From: Anolis carolinensis
Lineage: Eukaryota
Reading direction: 5' to 3'
Length of the DNA: 64,000 nucleotides
NCBI RefSeq assembly: GCF_035594765.1
Contig: NC_085846.1
Coordinates: 20,385,190-20,449,189, forward strand
The notes under the pieces were generated by a model. It did no database searches and had not been told where the DNA came from. It saw only the letters and a program-made list of their open reading frames with translations. How positions within the stretch are numbered: position 1 is the first letter of the stretch; every line of letters begins with the position of its first letter. This document shows positions 1 to 14,800 of the stretch, one piece after another. A program made the translations under genes and the position numbers.

Positions 1-965
1 CAACTCCCTGGAGTCCATAGTGTTGATCTCTATTTAGTTATCTGAAATATCAGGATCTGTTTGGGTGTGCCAGCTCCAATGTTTCCCAATCAAGACACAC
101 AGTGATAAGGGTGGCATCAGAGGTTGATTGCTACAGCTGGCCAAGGAAGAATGTCATGGGAATTTTCCAGATTTAACATGCCTTCCATTTACAGACATCA
201 GTATTTTATAGATCTTAGAGAATAACAGACATTACTCTGATTGGTACAAATTACAATCCACTGCATTATTAATTTGATATGCTTTCATTGCTGTCATGTT
301 TTACAGCTTGTGAATGGCAGGGTGTGTATGACAGGATTTTAATACGTTTTCATTGGAGGAAAACTTGAGTTTCAGCCTGGAGGGGACTTCCCAGGTAGGA
401 AATGTGGACAATGGAGGTATTGATTACTATCAAAGTGGAATGGCCCTAAGACGATGGCCGATGGGATTTCCTAGCTCCCTCGGTGAAACAATGGAGAGTA
501 GAACTGTGGTGATGAGCCTGGACCCAACTTTAAGTGGAATTCATTGTGCCCTTGTATGACATTGACCAACTAGCAATCTGTTTGATTATCTGCATTCTGA
601 TCTCAGTTCTGAGTGGCTAGGCTGAAGAGGAGATTCTGGAATCTTGAGTCTTATTATGTGGAGATGGGGAAAAAAAGAAAATGTGGCAGTGCTGCTCAGT
701 GGGGGGTAACTTGAGGTCATTTACTTGAAATTCTATTTTTGGGATTCAAGTGTCAGATAACAATAACATTAAGCTATGGGAGTTAAAAATAGTGTCAAAC
801 GTCATTAATTCTATAGTGTAGTTGCACAATTAGAGATGGTTGGAAGTTCTTTGTCTTACCCATTGAATTTCAGGTAGAAATTGAAATGCATTAAGCTTTC
901 CATGTTATGCACACTTACCAATAATTTATTTACTCATTACAACCATTACTTTCTTTACTTTATAG

Positions 966-1560
966 CAGTGGTTCCCAATCTGTGGGACCACCACTAATCC
1001 CCAAGAATTAAAATATGGTCTGCGGCCTCGCTGTTACTATACTGTTGCAACAAGAGTGACCAGTCTCATGAAACCCTCTTATAGTGTTGAAACAGCAGGG
1101 ATGTCAAGGGGGGAAAGGCTGACTACCCATGAAAGGCATAACAAGAACCCTCCTGACTGTTGCTTCTCCTCTTCCTCCGTCCCCCTGAGCAGAGCCATTC
1201 CATGTGGCACCTGGAAGCGGGGACATCTTGGTGCCTTTGTTTTTAGGCCTATTCCTGGGGTTATTTGGGGTGCTGATTCAGAAAATTGCATTGGATAGAC
1301 CACATCAGCTCAAAATTATTAAAAATGACTTTCTCTGGCCGAGCAGATGGTGACTACTGGGTGGCATTTGTTCTTTATTAGAAACTAGAGCTGATGTGGT
1401 CTATCCAATGCAATTTTCTGGATCAGCACCCCACATAACCAAACTGAACTGACCAAAAACTGATTTGTAAACCCTTTGGTACTAATGTTGGAGTGTGGTT
1501 CCTGGTCAAAGTGGTCTCTGGTCAAGTGGTCCCTGAACAAAAAAATGTTGGGAACCACTG
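966..1560. mobile_element. non-autonomous hAT-type DNA transposon (MITE) with an internal inverted repeat
   Basis: TIRs CAGTGGTTCCCAA.../...TTGGGAACCACTG; near-TSD ctttatag/cttatag; internal ~44-bp inverted repeat at 1267-1310 and 1388-1431. Confidence 0.75.
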
Positions 1561-2158
1561 CTTATAGCAACTGAATCAGTAACCGCTGTGAAATTTACAG
1601 CTGCCTTTAGATAGATTTTTGTTCAGCTGAGTTCCATGTTGCTGAAGAGACTGCTGAAGTCATCTTTTATTGTTCCTTAGCAACCAAGGGTTGCATCTAC
1701 ACTGTAGAATTAATGCTGTTTGACATCACTTTAATTGCCATGGTTCAATGCTATGGGATCTTGGGATTTGTAGTTTGATGAGCCACCAGCATTCTTTGGC
1801 AGACCTTGTAAAACCGAAATACCCATTGTTCCAGAGTATTGTGTTATGGCAATTAATGTAGTGTTACCTGTTTATAGAATATACCCTGTTTATATTTGTT
1901 AGAAACATCTTTGTTCCATTTTTAAAAAATCAGGGAACTGCTTCTGATACTTACCAGGAAATTCTGAGCCATTGCAAAGATAAGGGATATAGAGGAATAA
2001 TACAAAAACTCTCAACTGACTTGTAAAGTTTTGTTTATTTTTTTCTAGAACATGGACATTTTGGAAGTATATTCAAAGTATATTAAATGCATAATGAAGT
2101 TAATCACATTAAATCCTCACTGATGTTAATAGGACACATCACAACACATTGTCCATTA

Positions 2159-2479
2159 AAAGGTAAAGGTTTCCCCTGATGCTAAGTCCAGTCATGTCTG
2201 ACTCTGGGGTGTGGTGGTCATCTCCATTTCTAAGCTGAAGAGCTGGCGTTGTCCATAGACACCTCCAAGGTCATGTGGCCGGCATAACTGCATGGAGCGC
2301 CGTTACCTTCCCGCCGGAGCGGTACCTATTGATCTACTCACATTGGCATGTTTTCGAACTGCTAGGTTGGCAGGAGCTGGAGCTAACAGCAGCCACTCAC
2401 GCCGCTCCCGGGGTTTGAACCTGGGACCTTTCGGTCTCCAGCTCAGTGCTTTAACGCACTTCGCCACCAGGGTTCCATA
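2159..2479 (-). mobile_element. Sauria SINE, full length
   Basis: Reverse-complement (ACCTTT) tail at the left end and tRNA-like head at the right; 13-bp TSD acattgtccatta at 2146-2158 and 2480-2492; matches copies at 22773 and 39674. Confidence 0.9.
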
Positions 2480-2590
2480 ACATTGTCCATTACTATCCTG
2501 AAATCAAAGGGACATAGACATGGTTAATTATGGCTGGATCATACCCAGTCAATAGTCATTTCAACTTTGGAAACTGAATCCTTTCCCCTG

Positions 2591-3529
2591 CTATTTTCCC
2601 TGCATTACTTTCTTGAATACTTTTTGCACATCCTTGTTCCTCAAGCTATATATGATTGGATTAAGCATAGGTGTTAGGATGCCATAGAAAACAGGCAAGA
2701 TCCGGTCCTGTTCCTGGGAGTAGCTGGAGTTTGGACGTATGTATGTGAAGATGATAGTTCCGTAATATATGTTCACTACGGTCAGGTGAGAAGCACAGGT
2801 AGAGAATGCCTTCAGCCTCCCTTCTTTTGTGCGGATCATAAGGATAGCTACAACTATATAGACATAAGACACCAGGATAACCAGAAATGGACCCATGATC
2901 ACACTTCCGCCCACTACAAAAGTAACAATTTGGTTGACCTGAGTGTCTGAGCAGGAGAGTTGGAACAGAGGTGGGATGTCACAGAAAAAGTGCTGAATGA
3001 CATTATCCCGACAGAAAGACAGATGAGACATCAAGCCAGAGTGTACCCCTGAGTTAGACAAGCCAAGAATCCAAGCAGTTGCTGCAAGAGAGGCACACAC
3101 TTTTGGACGCATCAGCACATTATAGTGTAGCGGGTGACAAATAGCTGCATACCGATCATATGCCATGACACCTAGTAGGAGGCACTCAATCCCACCAAAG
3201 GAGATGAAGAAATACATTTGGGTGAAGCAACCTGCTAGGGAAATTGTCTTTTCTTGGGAAAGATAATTCAGAAGCATCTTGGGGACAGTAGACGTTGTGT
3301 ATCCAATATCCACCACAGAGAGATTGAAAAGGAAAAAATACATGGGATTGTGAAGTCTTTTGTCCAAGCTGATCACAAGCAGGATAAAAATGTTCCCAAT
3401 CAAGGTTACGAAATAAATGACGAGAAAGAGACCAAAGAGAGAGAATTGCACCGCTGGTTGGCTGGAGAGTCCTAGGAGTATAAATTCAGTGACAGTCGTT
3501 TCATTCACCATCTCATGTTGGGACTCCAT
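2591..3529 (-). CDS. olfactory receptor, class II, OR5V1-like; intact single coding exon, 312 aa
   Basis: N-glycosylation site NET; motifs LHNPMYFFL, MAYDRYAAICHPLHY, FFCDIPP, KAFSTCASHL and PMLNPIIYSLRNKDV; splice acceptor TTACAG immediately before the ATG. The subfamily call is from remembered similarity only. Confidence 0.95.
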   Translation of the reverse strand: MESQHEMVNETTVTEFILLGLSSQPAVQFSLFGLFLVIYFVTLIGNIFILLVISLDKRLHNPMYFFLFNLSVVDIGYTTSTVPKMLLNYLSQEKTISLAGCFTQMYFFISFGGIECLLLGVMAYDRYAAICHPLHYNVLMRPKVCASLAATAWILGLSNSGVHSGLMSHLSFCRDNVIQHFFCDIPPLFQLSCSDTQVNQIVTFVVGGSVIMGPFLVILVSYVYIVVAILMIRTKEGRLKAFSTCASHLTVVNIYYGTIIFTYIRPNSSYSQEQDRILPVFYGILTPMLNPIIYSLRNKDVQKVFKKVMQGK

Positions 3530-4764
3530 CTGTAAGAGGATTTTGTTAACATACGTTTAGCTATCTTGTGGATTTTGTGCAGAATAAGTAATCCACTGTA
3601 AAGAATTCAAACAGTAAAATATTTTTCTTGTTCAAGTTTCCTATTATTCAAGAGACCAATTTTTCATTATTTTTTTTTACATATTATCCCATCTCTGTCC
3701 ATTTGGTTCTATACAGTGGTACATAATGGCTCAAGAGCCATTATGTCAAATGCTAGTGATTTTCTAAACATTTCCTATAGCACTGTGTATTTTGTCTTAA
3801 GAAAGGCTTCCTCAATGTGCTCCTGTCCAAGGTGTGTTGGACTATAACCTTAGATAGTCCACAACTATTAAAGTAAAGACTTTCTGCATATATTTCAGAT
3901 TTCAATATTAATGTCAAAAGTACGTAGTATGATCTTACATAGGATATGCGCTATATTAGAACAGTAAAAACATATAATTGTGGTCTATCTAAGGTTATAG
4001 TTCTTAGATACTATTTAGTACAATGCATGAGAAAACCTTTATCTCTCAACCTCATTCGCTTCATTTTATAATCTGGAATGAGAATCATTGTGTCTTTTTT
4101 GAGAATGAATGAAAAATGTTAAATAATATTGGCTGGAATCTTTTGAGCAGTTAAAATGCATAAGCATCATAGTTACAGTGCTAGACAGTTAATTCTGCCA
4201 CAATTATCTCAACTGAGTAGCAGCTAACTGATGTTCCACCTTATCCTATGAGCAATATTTTAGTGTGACAAGAAAAAGTAGGACCCCTTATGCACTTCTC
4301 TCTTATGTTGAAGATCACTTGCATGAGAAGTTGGTTGGGACCATCACCTGGCCGCTTCCTGATCAACAGGGGGACAGACCCCTCCCTTCAATTGATTGCA
4401 GTGGCTATATCATATAAGGATTATGGGAGACTTTAATGGTTCCTATAAATCCCCTAAACTAGGGTATTTGTAGGGATTATGAAATTAAAACAATCACAGT
4501 GTGTAGCAGTCAGAACAGACCCAACAGGATTCCATCCATGATATATTTCTGCATTATATCATCAACTCATCTGCTGATATGTGGAGGCATAATGCCTCTG
4601 ATTTTGCATGTGAAAGATAGCCAGTTTGACACATAAATATTGATAAAGTTCCATGTCCTTGAATTTGCTTCAGTCCCTTTCTAAAGCCAAATTGGCAGCC
4701 CTATTTACACGAGCTTACAAAGAATTCAGAAACAATAGTAACTGTATAATAACTCATTCATTAT

Positions 4765-4975
4765 ATCTTACCTGTTCAGCAGTCTTGAACTTTTTGTTTC
4801 ATTGCAAGCAATGATCAATTGTTTTCATCCTGGAGAAGACCTTGATACCGACCTGGAATGATGTAAAATCTTTCATACCGACCTTAATAGCTGTTGTATT
4901 TTTGCCTTCTTCAAGCCCACGTTACTAGCATTTCAGGTTAGATAAATATTCCAGTGAAATGTGCTCAAGGGGATT
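4765..4975 (-). promoter_or_regulatory. putative 5' non-coding exon and promoter of the OR5V1-like gene
   Basis: Minus-strand donor CAG|GTAAGA (GT at 4771-4770); O/E (EBF)-like site TCCCCTTGAG at 4964-4973; pairs with the acceptor at 3530-3531. Confidence 0.35.
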
Positions 4976-6769
4976 GCGTGCTGCATGGAGTCTTGACTCA
5001 TATGATTATTTTTTTTTACAGTGGGGATTACGTATTTTTTGTCAACTGATTTTTTCCCCAATACTTTTAGGTACAAACTTTACATGAACTCAATTCCCAG
5101 CTTGGATTTTCTCTATAGATTCCAGATGAGTAATTTTTCAATATCGCTGCAAGCATGCAGCATCTATCTGCCTTGGGAAATAGGACCAAGGTTCCTGGTT
5201 TAGCAAGTACACCAGTGCTCTCAGTATTCTGTCTGCTTTAAATCCCAGTGACAAATGGAATGATATTATGAAATATCCATCATTTTGGCACATTCCTGAA
5301 CTTCATTTTGTTAGATAATGAGAGAATAGAGGTAATCTACAGCAGAATTGGCATAGGGAAATTGACTTCAAAGAAACCATAATTGGTATGAAACTGTTGG
5401 CCATTCCTTTGTAGGATCTAACAACTGATTTATTTAAATTATTTTACCATTGCCTTCTGAGAAAAGGCATCCTAAAGGCAACCACAAAGTAAACAAACAA
5501 ATAACATTTAAACTAGAATGAACATCAGCCAAAACCAAGTAGTAGAAAGACACAATTATGAAATGAAAATGGTCTTATATTAATTTAAGAATATTATGGA
5601 ATATTCAGTTTCTTAACTTTTTGTTGCCTTTGAAAATAATATTTGCAGCTCATGGTAGAACACTGCTTAAAATGGGGCCATCACAAAAAAAACGAATAAG
5701 CAAACTAATAAGCAAACTAACCAACTAACAAAAATATTTCTTGTTCCAGCCTATCCAATTGATGTTATTGGTTGGTATGTAAATTGAATCCCTGTGGCCA
5801 ATCATGTGTCTTGCTAGATTGTCTTATAATAATCTTGTCTTAAAACTTTTTAGTGCTTTGAAGATTGTCAGTTCTGATTCTGTAGCACAAGAGTTATGCA
5901 TTCTTGGTATCTTATCTGATTAATGCCTCTTTTGACAAAGTTGTCTTCCAAAACAAGTTTCATGCTCTCAATAAAAAAGATCAATCAGAAGCAGAGAGGA
6001 AATTTTCAGCCTCTCTTCTACCACGCATTGAAGAGCAGAAGAGTGAGATCTAACATTTTATTTTTGTCACCCAGCAACATGTACTTTTCCCATAACGATT
6101 CCCATCATTATATGGAAGGCTCCTGATTTCTAATAACTACATGACACAGCTACATTGTTTATTATAGCAACTATCAAAAAAGTGGGACTTGTTGCACCTT
6201 AGAGACTAAGCTTTTATTATGATACAGATCCACAAAAGCTTACATGTTCAAAACCTTATGACATCTTTAAGATGTCATAATGCTCCTTGTTGCTCTGACT
6301 TTCAGCTATTCCTTTCTATATCTGTTTTCTGAAGATAGTGCTATATACTATCCTATTAACTTCACAAATTACTGAGCACTATATTTGAAACTGAGAAGGA
6401 GAAGAAAGAACTTGGTTTTTTTAATGATCACAGGACTTGGTCTCTAACCAGCTTAGATTCTACAAATCATAAGGGAAAAAATATTATATGGTGTTTCAAA
6501 ACACTTGCCCATCATTCTTGCACATTCAGTTGAGAAAGAATTATATTGAGGTTAGAATTCATTTCCCCCAAATTAGGCAAAAGTGGAGAGAGAATTCCCT
6601 TTGTTTATTTTCCTTTTTCATGAGTTCTTGATTTACAGTCTTCTAAATGCGCCTTTCAAAATTCTGTTGCGCAATGAGGGTTTTCACATAATGTTTTTAT
6701 TCCCTTTCCCCCCCTCTTTGAGCTCATTTCAGGCCAAAGAAATGCTTACCCATTTTAACCTGCATGTAT

Positions 6770-6800
<31 letters not shown>

Positions 6801-7373
6801 GATTTCCTTGGTGTATTCCTGCACTTTTCCCATTTCTGTGAGGCTCTGGGAGTGAATAATGGGTTACAAGAAAGGCAAGTTGCATTGATTATTAGAAATT
6901 CAAGTAAAATTCTGTTCAAAACAATAAGTGGACCATGAGAGCAAAAGAAAACATTTATTTATTCATTTACTATATTTCTACCCCACTCTTCTCACTCAAA
7001 GCGGCTTACCACTATGGCAAAATTCAATGCCGCATTACTCATATAAATAAACAAACACATGGAGTAATAAAAACAGATAAAAGCATATAAGTACAATTAA
7101 AACATATTAAAAAACATAGTGCCTAGACCCATATGATTTCTCGGATTTTCTCTTACATCACAACTGCAAAGTACAATTACATTTTTACATCACAACTGCA
7201 AAGTACAATTACAGACTTTTCAAGTACTGTATTTGTGCATTCCCCGTTTTTCATGGTAGGAGATTCTCTTCTTTCTTATTTGGAAACAAAAATGGGAAGT
7301 ATTTTGTTTCCATCAGTGCTCAGGATGGGCACTAAGTACAAGTGATGATTTACTGTTTATTTAACAGACAGGT

Positions 7374-7376
<3 letters not shown>

Positions 7377-7422
<46 letters not shown>
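7377..7422. repeat. (TCTA)n microsatellite
   Basis: Direct reading of the sequence. Confidence 0.95.
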
Positions 7423-7424
<2 letters not shown>

Positions 7425-7788
7425 ACTGATTTCTTCATGTTCATAACAAAGGAGACATCATCCCACACAACAACAGCTTTATTTTAGAAGTTGCAATTAT
7501 TTGTTCACGAAAAAGGCCAATCCTTCTGCTTTGACAAACACAACTGGTATCTGTAGTGCCCATAAAAATGGTTGGAAATGGTTTAATATAGAAATGGTTT
7601 AAAACACCAAATGTTTTAAAAGATTAACACAGCTGGAGTGCGTGATGGACTGATGTAGACATCAATACCTGCAGTGACTCTTGCCCTTATATCCTTTCTA
7701 ATATTGGAGGAAATGCAACAACTGCATAAGCCAATCCATTAAAAACCCTTTCTTCTGCAAAATTCCAGACATGGGACTATAAATAATG

Positions 7789-8705
7789 TCACTCAAATAA
7801 CTGAGCTCTGTTTTTCCTTGTCAAATATTCTTTGCTGTTTAACTCAGGCTTCAGAATAATTATAAAGCATTTGGGGAAAAAGATACAGCCCAGTAAACCA
7901 ACACTAGAAAATAAGATAGAGAAGATCTCCACAGCCACCATGTATTTTCCCTTGGTGCTCAGATAGCTTGGCACAAAGGACAACCACACACTGCAAAATA
8001 CCAACATACTGAAAGTGATGAATTTGGCTTCATTAAAAGCATCAGGCAACTTCCTAGCAAAGAAAGCTACCACAAAGCTGACAACAGCCAGGAGTCCCAA
8101 GTATCCTAGAACACAATAAAACATAAAGGTAGATCCTTCATTGCATTGTACTACTATTTCTTTAGGTGAGGAGTACTTATCAAAATCTGGAAATGGAGGG
8201 GCAATACTCATCCACACAGTACAAATACCAGTTTGAATGAGGGAACAGGAGAGTACAATACAAATTGCCATCCATTTCCCCATCCATTTCCTTATCTTGG
8301 ATCCTGGTCTTGTAGTTATGAATGCTAACACCACTGTAATGGTTTTTGCCAACACAGAAGAAATAGCAACTGAGAAGATGATGCCAAAAGTGGTTTGCCT
8401 CAGGAGGCATTTTATTTTGTGGGGCTGGCCAATGAAAAGCAATGGGCAGAGGAAGCAGAGGAAGAGAGAGATGAGCAGAGTGTAGGTGAGATCTTGGTTG
8501 TTGGCTTTAACAATAGGAGTGTTTTTGTATTTAATGAATATTCCTAACACCAAAGCTGTGATCATGGAAAATGAAAAAGTCATAAAAATGATAATGATGC
8601 TCAAAGTTTCTGCATAAAGCAAACAGTTTAAAGCCTTAGGAATACAGTGGTCTTGATTGCTACTTGGATATTGATCTTCTGGACACGGGGTACATATGTT
8701 CATGT
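7789..8705 (-). CDS. V2R exon 6 (end of the Cys-rich domain and 7TM)
   Basis: [36 protein letters not shown] and [11 protein letters not shown]; acceptor TTTTCCTGTAG; stop at 7789-7791. Confidence 0.95.
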
Positions 8706-11700
8706 CTACAGGAAAAAAAGGAAGGAAGGAAGGAAGGAAGGAAGGAAGGAAGGAAGGAAGGAAGGAAGGAAGGAAGGAAGGAAGGAAGGACACTAAATAT
8801 TTCACCTCAAACAAGAGTGCATTCCATTCAAAAATTATGCTTTTTTGTGCAAAACACATTTCTGCTAAAATACATTTTCAAAAATGCATGTGGTTTTTTT
8901 TTTTGCAAATTAGTGGCATTTTCTACAATTTTGTATTTAAAAGATATGTTTCTAGAAATAATGTTTTGTATGAAAATTGTGTTTTATATAAAACAACATT
9001 TATAAAATTTGTGTGTTTTTGGCAACAATGGGTTTTTATGCAAAATTTTACTTTTTCTACAAAAGCAAAAATTATGAGATAAAACCTCACATTTTTTCAG
9101 AGGCCCGTTTGACATTGAGCGGAAAGCTCATTTGCTTTTGCTCATCCAGCATTCATATACTAAAACAATGGGCTCAAGAAGAGGTATTTTCTAGGAAATA
9201 TGAAACCATGCCAGACAAAAGCTTATAACATTTTATCAGAAGGCACACACTATGGACAAAAATGAAACAAACATCTCCTAACATCCATAACATATCACAA
9301 ACTCTCTGTTTATGACTTTTATGTTAATTCATTCTAGTCTCCAACACTATCTGGCTTTAGGGTTTTTTTGAAAGGAGATCACCTGAACTTGATTGTCTTT
9401 TACTAAATGTGTGTTTATTAACTAATATTCTATAAGGAAAAATAAATGTGTAAATATTTATTTATTTATTTATTTACAGCATTTATATTCCGCCCTTCTC
9501 ATCCCGAAGGGGACTCAGGGCGGATCACATTACACATATGGGCAAACATGCAATGCCTTTTAACATAGAACAAAGACAAGACAAACATGGCTCCGAGCGA
9601 GCCCCGAACTCATGACCTCCTGGTCAGAGTGATTCATTGCAGTGATTCAGTGCAGCTGCTCTCGGGCCTGCGCCACAGCCCGAGCTGTGTTCCAGAGCAT
9701 GATGTTGATTTTGCTAGTTTCATCTAAATAACCTTTTCCTTAATTTAGTTTACTTTGCAAGAGATTGTGTAATCTAAACTAAACTATTGTATATGTACCT
9801 AGGATATTATCCTATAGCTTCTTTACTGAGAGTAAAGAACTACACACAATAGAGTTTATTTATGAGTAGACATCCATAGGAGTGCACTATTGCTGGATTT
9901 AGTTTTATGATGGTGTTCCTTGCCCTTACCGTTTTTATCAGAAATCTTCCCTTCTGGGCATGGTTTGCAATCATAGCAACAGAATGGCTCCATTTCCTTT
10001 TTCTTCTTAACTGATCCTGGGTGGCAATTATCATTACATACTGAAGAGGGTGCCATCTGTCCATATAAACAAGGATATATAAATACTTGGTGAATGCAGT
10101 TCCTTCAGAAGGTATAAACGAATGGAATCAGATGTAGGCATTTACTCTTTGCACCAGACAAATGGTATGACTTGAGAAATGTCCAATAGACTAGGATTCT
10201 AATCCCTATTCAACCATGGAAAATCAGTTGGTAACCTTAGGCAAATGATAGTCTCTCAACCTAAGAGGAAGGTATTAGCAAACTTCTGAATACATTTTGC
10301 CAAGTAAACCCTATAGTATATTGTCATAACTCAGAATTGACTTGAGGATACATAGTAAGGACAACAATCCCCAAATGTACCCTTGCCTTTTCAAATTGCA
10401 ATGACAAAAAGCTTCTCATGTTGACATAATACTTCCAAGGAGGATCAAGTCAAACTTTGTTAGTTCTGTAATCCAAAAAAGTCTACTTTCAGTGGTAGGA
10501 AAATGAAGTAGTTGTATCTTTTGTGATAAAAGCATTAATATTATGGGGATAATTTAGGCGATGTCCCTAAATGTTTGCAAATAAGACACAGAAAACAAAC
10601 TGGAATGCAAGCAAATTTAGGTTTAATGCTACACAGGGAGGATAAAAAGTAGAAATGGAATATAAAAATGATATTTTTTAAAAAGAGGATTGAAACCTTG
10701 CAAAATATTCTTTTTTTGTGTATAGTCAGAGTCATAGAGGCTTTTATGCACTTGGAACAACATGCTATGTATATAGTAAAAGAGCTTGCACTATGATTGA
10801 AGTTGGGACTTTCATCCCTCAGATTTCTCTCCCAGACCAATATTATCCATCACCTACCTGGTTGAATGTGTGGTACCATGTGATGATCTCATCATTAATG
10901 GAGAATCTTCTGTCTTGTGGGGCCCATGGATCTATCCTTCCTACTTTCACCCTTGAGAAAGATTTGTTTGGGAAAGTCACCCAATTTATAATATCAAATC
11001 CACTTTGCAATTCACCTTTATCATCCAAGGACATTTGATCTCCAGCACTATTGTTAAATGAAATTCTCTTCAGGGAGGAATGAAGCTACAGGACAGAGGA
11101 TAGAAACAGCTATTTCAAAGTATGGAAAGCAAGAGATATAAAAATAGCTGTATTATTTCATGCTGAGGTTTATTCATCAACTATTTCATATAAAATACAA
11201 ACACCCATAACTTAATGATAGCAGTGTAAATGTCACTCCAAACTACAAGCATCCCATGTCAGTTGCCAAGAGCAATAAATCATTATTGTTATTCCGGAAA
11301 CTTGCTGAACATTTATTTATTTTAGGTCATGATAATAAAAAATAAGTGAAATTCTCCCTAAGAATGAAGTTGCACTTAAAGAAATAATAGCAATCAAATC
11401 TACATGATGAACTATTTATCTATTTCTCCCTCCTTCTCGCCTATAATAATCTTTAAAATGTGCTATTTGAAGTAAAATATTAATATCTACCTTTCCATCT
11501 GGACAGATCTATAAGGTAGTCGAGATGCAATAAATTATACACACACACACACACACACACACTGACCAAACCACCTAAACCTGTCAGAGTCAAATATAAC
11601 TGACGTACCTTTGTTACTGGAATTATTTTAAAAAGAAATCATTTTAACAATCTCAATCCAACTCAGTAGGTATATAAAGTGCAGCCACTGATCCACAATC

Positions 11701-11814
11701 TGAATAGAATGGTATGCTAAATCCAGAATCATATACAAGCAGTCCCTAAGTTACAAACAAGGCTTGTTCTTAAGTTAAATTTGTTTGTAAGTCAGAACAG
11801 GTACTTTAAAAAGT

Positions 11815-11868
<54 letters not shown>

Positions 11869-14800
11869 TTGGATGGCATAGGGTAGGATTTACACCTCTG
11901 TGTGGTGTTTGTTTGGTGTCTGTGCCATTTCAGAAGATTTCACCTCACTTTCTATCCCTGTGATAATTGAATTTTGAAAAAATTGACTTGTGGAAACAAG
12001 GATTGGTGAGAAGGCTTCAGTGTAGACACCTTTCCCCCATCATAACTCTTTCACAAGTGAATTTCCCTTCCTAGGGGTAGATTTTCCTCTCACTTCCTGT
12101 TGTCTCACCCCTGTTATTAATTATGTGAGTCATTTGTAAGTCGAACGTTTGTATCTTGGGGTCTGCCTTACTGGACTTTATGTCACATGGCAGGAGAGCT
12201 GTTTTAGTTGTGATATCATACCTGCCAAGGTTGTGGAACTGGAGTTGGTTTTGCCAGCCTATGCCTGGAATTCCGTTTGTACATGGCCTGCAAAGCATGT
12301 GCCACAATATAGACAGCATTGTATATACTATAGCTTTGGGGAGTCATGTTCATTTCAAAAAAGGGTCCTGAAAGACTTTGCAGTTTTTCTTTCCCAGTGC
12401 AAGTCCCATTGCCTTCTCTGTATTCATTGGATTCTGAAAATAAACAGTCAAAAGCTTGCTCCCAAAAGGGCCTGATGAAATTGTCTCTGCTTTGTGAGTG
12501 TGGATGGATACCCAGGAGGAAGTTTTGGAATCCCAGCACCTCATTGGAGTGAACTGCAAAAGACAGGGCTCCTTGGAAGACTTGGATATCCCAATGCCTG
12601 TGAAACTGTAATGCTGGGAAGTCCCATTGGGCTGTCATAATCCAGACTCTGTCTAGAGTAACTGTCACATCTCCTGTTTGTACCAGTAAATATTTCAGAC
12701 CTAAAATGGAATGTGTCTCTGCATAAACAACAAGTGCCTTTACATTGTTATCTGTGAAAAGATGAAGTTTTCTTTCTGTCTGTAAATAGACATCATGTAA
12801 TTGAGAAAAGTCTGTTGGAGGAGGCATTCTGTCAGTGAAAGCAACACAGATTCTGTTCAGAGAAAGCATTGGTATCAAGGTCTGCACAAAATTCTCTCCT
12901 TTGTCATCATCCAGTGTGACGATCCCAACCCATGTCCATTGGAAATGCTTAAGGAGTTCAACAATCCCCCAGTATTGATGTTGTTCATTGGGGACTACAC
13001 GATGTATAAAAGGAAAGTAAGCTTTAACATCCAGCACAGGACCAAATAAATAATGAGAGACCTGTGTAAAAGGAAACATATTGTTAAAATGGTATTGAGG
13101 TTAAATATTGTTACAGATAAGGTGCATCTTAGTAATGTTCTATATTTCTTGGCTTCTCTTTTCTTCTCCTTTTCTCCTTTTGATTGTATCTGGTTTTTGT
13201 TCCCAAAAATACCAGAATCTGCATTTGTACACTTCTTGTGTGCTTTAAATTTGTTTCTGACTGTAACCATAAGATAAACCTATAATAGAAGCAGAGCCGG
13301 CCCTAGATATTTTTCAAGTGTAGGCGAACAGAATTTTGCCCCCCCCCAAGCCAATCACTGAAAAATAAAAGTGTTGGATAAGCGAAAATGTTGGATAATA
13401 AGGAAAGATAAAGGAAAAGCCTATTAAACATCAAATTACATTATGATTTTACAAATTAAGCACCAAAACATCATGTTTTACAACAAATCAATAGAAAAAG
13501 CAGTTCAATACATGGTAATGTTATGTAGGAATTACTATATTTGCAAATTTAGCACTAAACATTGAACAAGGATATAGGGCAGTGTGGACTTAGATAACCC
13601 AGATAGCCCTCAGTATTAAAAAAAACCCTCTAAAATCAGGACAATAAATAAAGAACAACACTCTGAAAACAGAAGAAATCCAGACAGTAAACAATCAGGG
13701 ACAGCTAACTCCTCCCAAAAAAAGATTCTCCCAGGCAAGAAGAAGCCAGGCCTTGAAGCCACAGGGCCATTAAATGCTAATCAAGGTGATTAATTACAAC
13801 ATTCACACCTGCTTCAAAGAAAAGTTCTTTCTCCCACCCTGGACCTTCTACAGACAGATATATAAACCCCACATACCTAGCTTCCAAGTTCCCACAGACC
13901 TCACAGTTTCTTTTTTTAAAAATATTTTTTATTAAGTATTTTTGCATACAGGTTTAAAATAGTGGGGTTCAAAAATGGGAGAGGGAAGTAGGGGTAGGGA
14001 GGAGGGGGTGGGCCTGGGAGAGAGGTTATAGAAGAGGAGGGAGGAAAAAGGGGAAAGGAGGAGAAACAAAAGCAAAGGGGGTGGGTTTTAGGAGGGTGGG
14101 AGGGGGGAGGGGGCTAGAGAGAGGCCCGGGAGAGTCGGTTGAGTCTTTGGATGTCAGAGAGTAGTCCCCTTGTGGTGTCGGCTAGTCCATGGGTAACTGT
14201 CCATTTGGGTGGGGGGGGGGGGGTCCGTTTGCCTCCTGAAGCGACATGTTGTGTTGCTAGATTTGTATATTTCTGTTTGTTCTTATGGAATTTCTTCGAG
14301 GTATGTCCGTCTTTTCCTTATGTATTCTTCAAATATTGACCAGTCGGTTTCTTTTATTGGTTGTCCATGGTGTTTCTTCATCAGGAAGGTTAGTCTGTCC
14401 ATGGTCTTTATTTCCCATACTTTTAATAGCCATTGATTGATTGAAGGGATCTGGTTTGTTCTCCATAGTTTGGCGAAGGCAATCCTGGCTCCTATAACCA
14501 GATAGTTTAGAATTTTTTCCTCATCTGTGTTCAATTTCAAATTTTTAAGGCCCAATAGGTATAGTTCTGGTCTCATATGTAGTTTCTTTCCCATTATTTT
14601 TACACATTCTTCATGGATTTTTTTCCAGTACCTCTTTGTTTCAGGACAGGACCACCACATGTGGTAGAAACTGCCCTCATTCACCTGGCACTTCCAACAT
14701 TTTATTTGAATATTTTTGTTGTAATGGCTTATATTTTTTTTGGAGTGATGTACCATCTGTAAATCATTTTGTATTGATTTTCTTTTAAGTCGGTTGCATA

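Noticed and set aside
7153-7213. 29-bp direct repeat with a 32-bp period
   Set aside because: Simple two-copy tandem duplication with no functional evidence
8706-8859. N-terminal extension (FLPS)n of the 356-aa ORF, and opposite-strand (GRKE)n ORFs
   Set aside because: Intronic microsatellite read-through; the real exon starts at the acceptor at 8705
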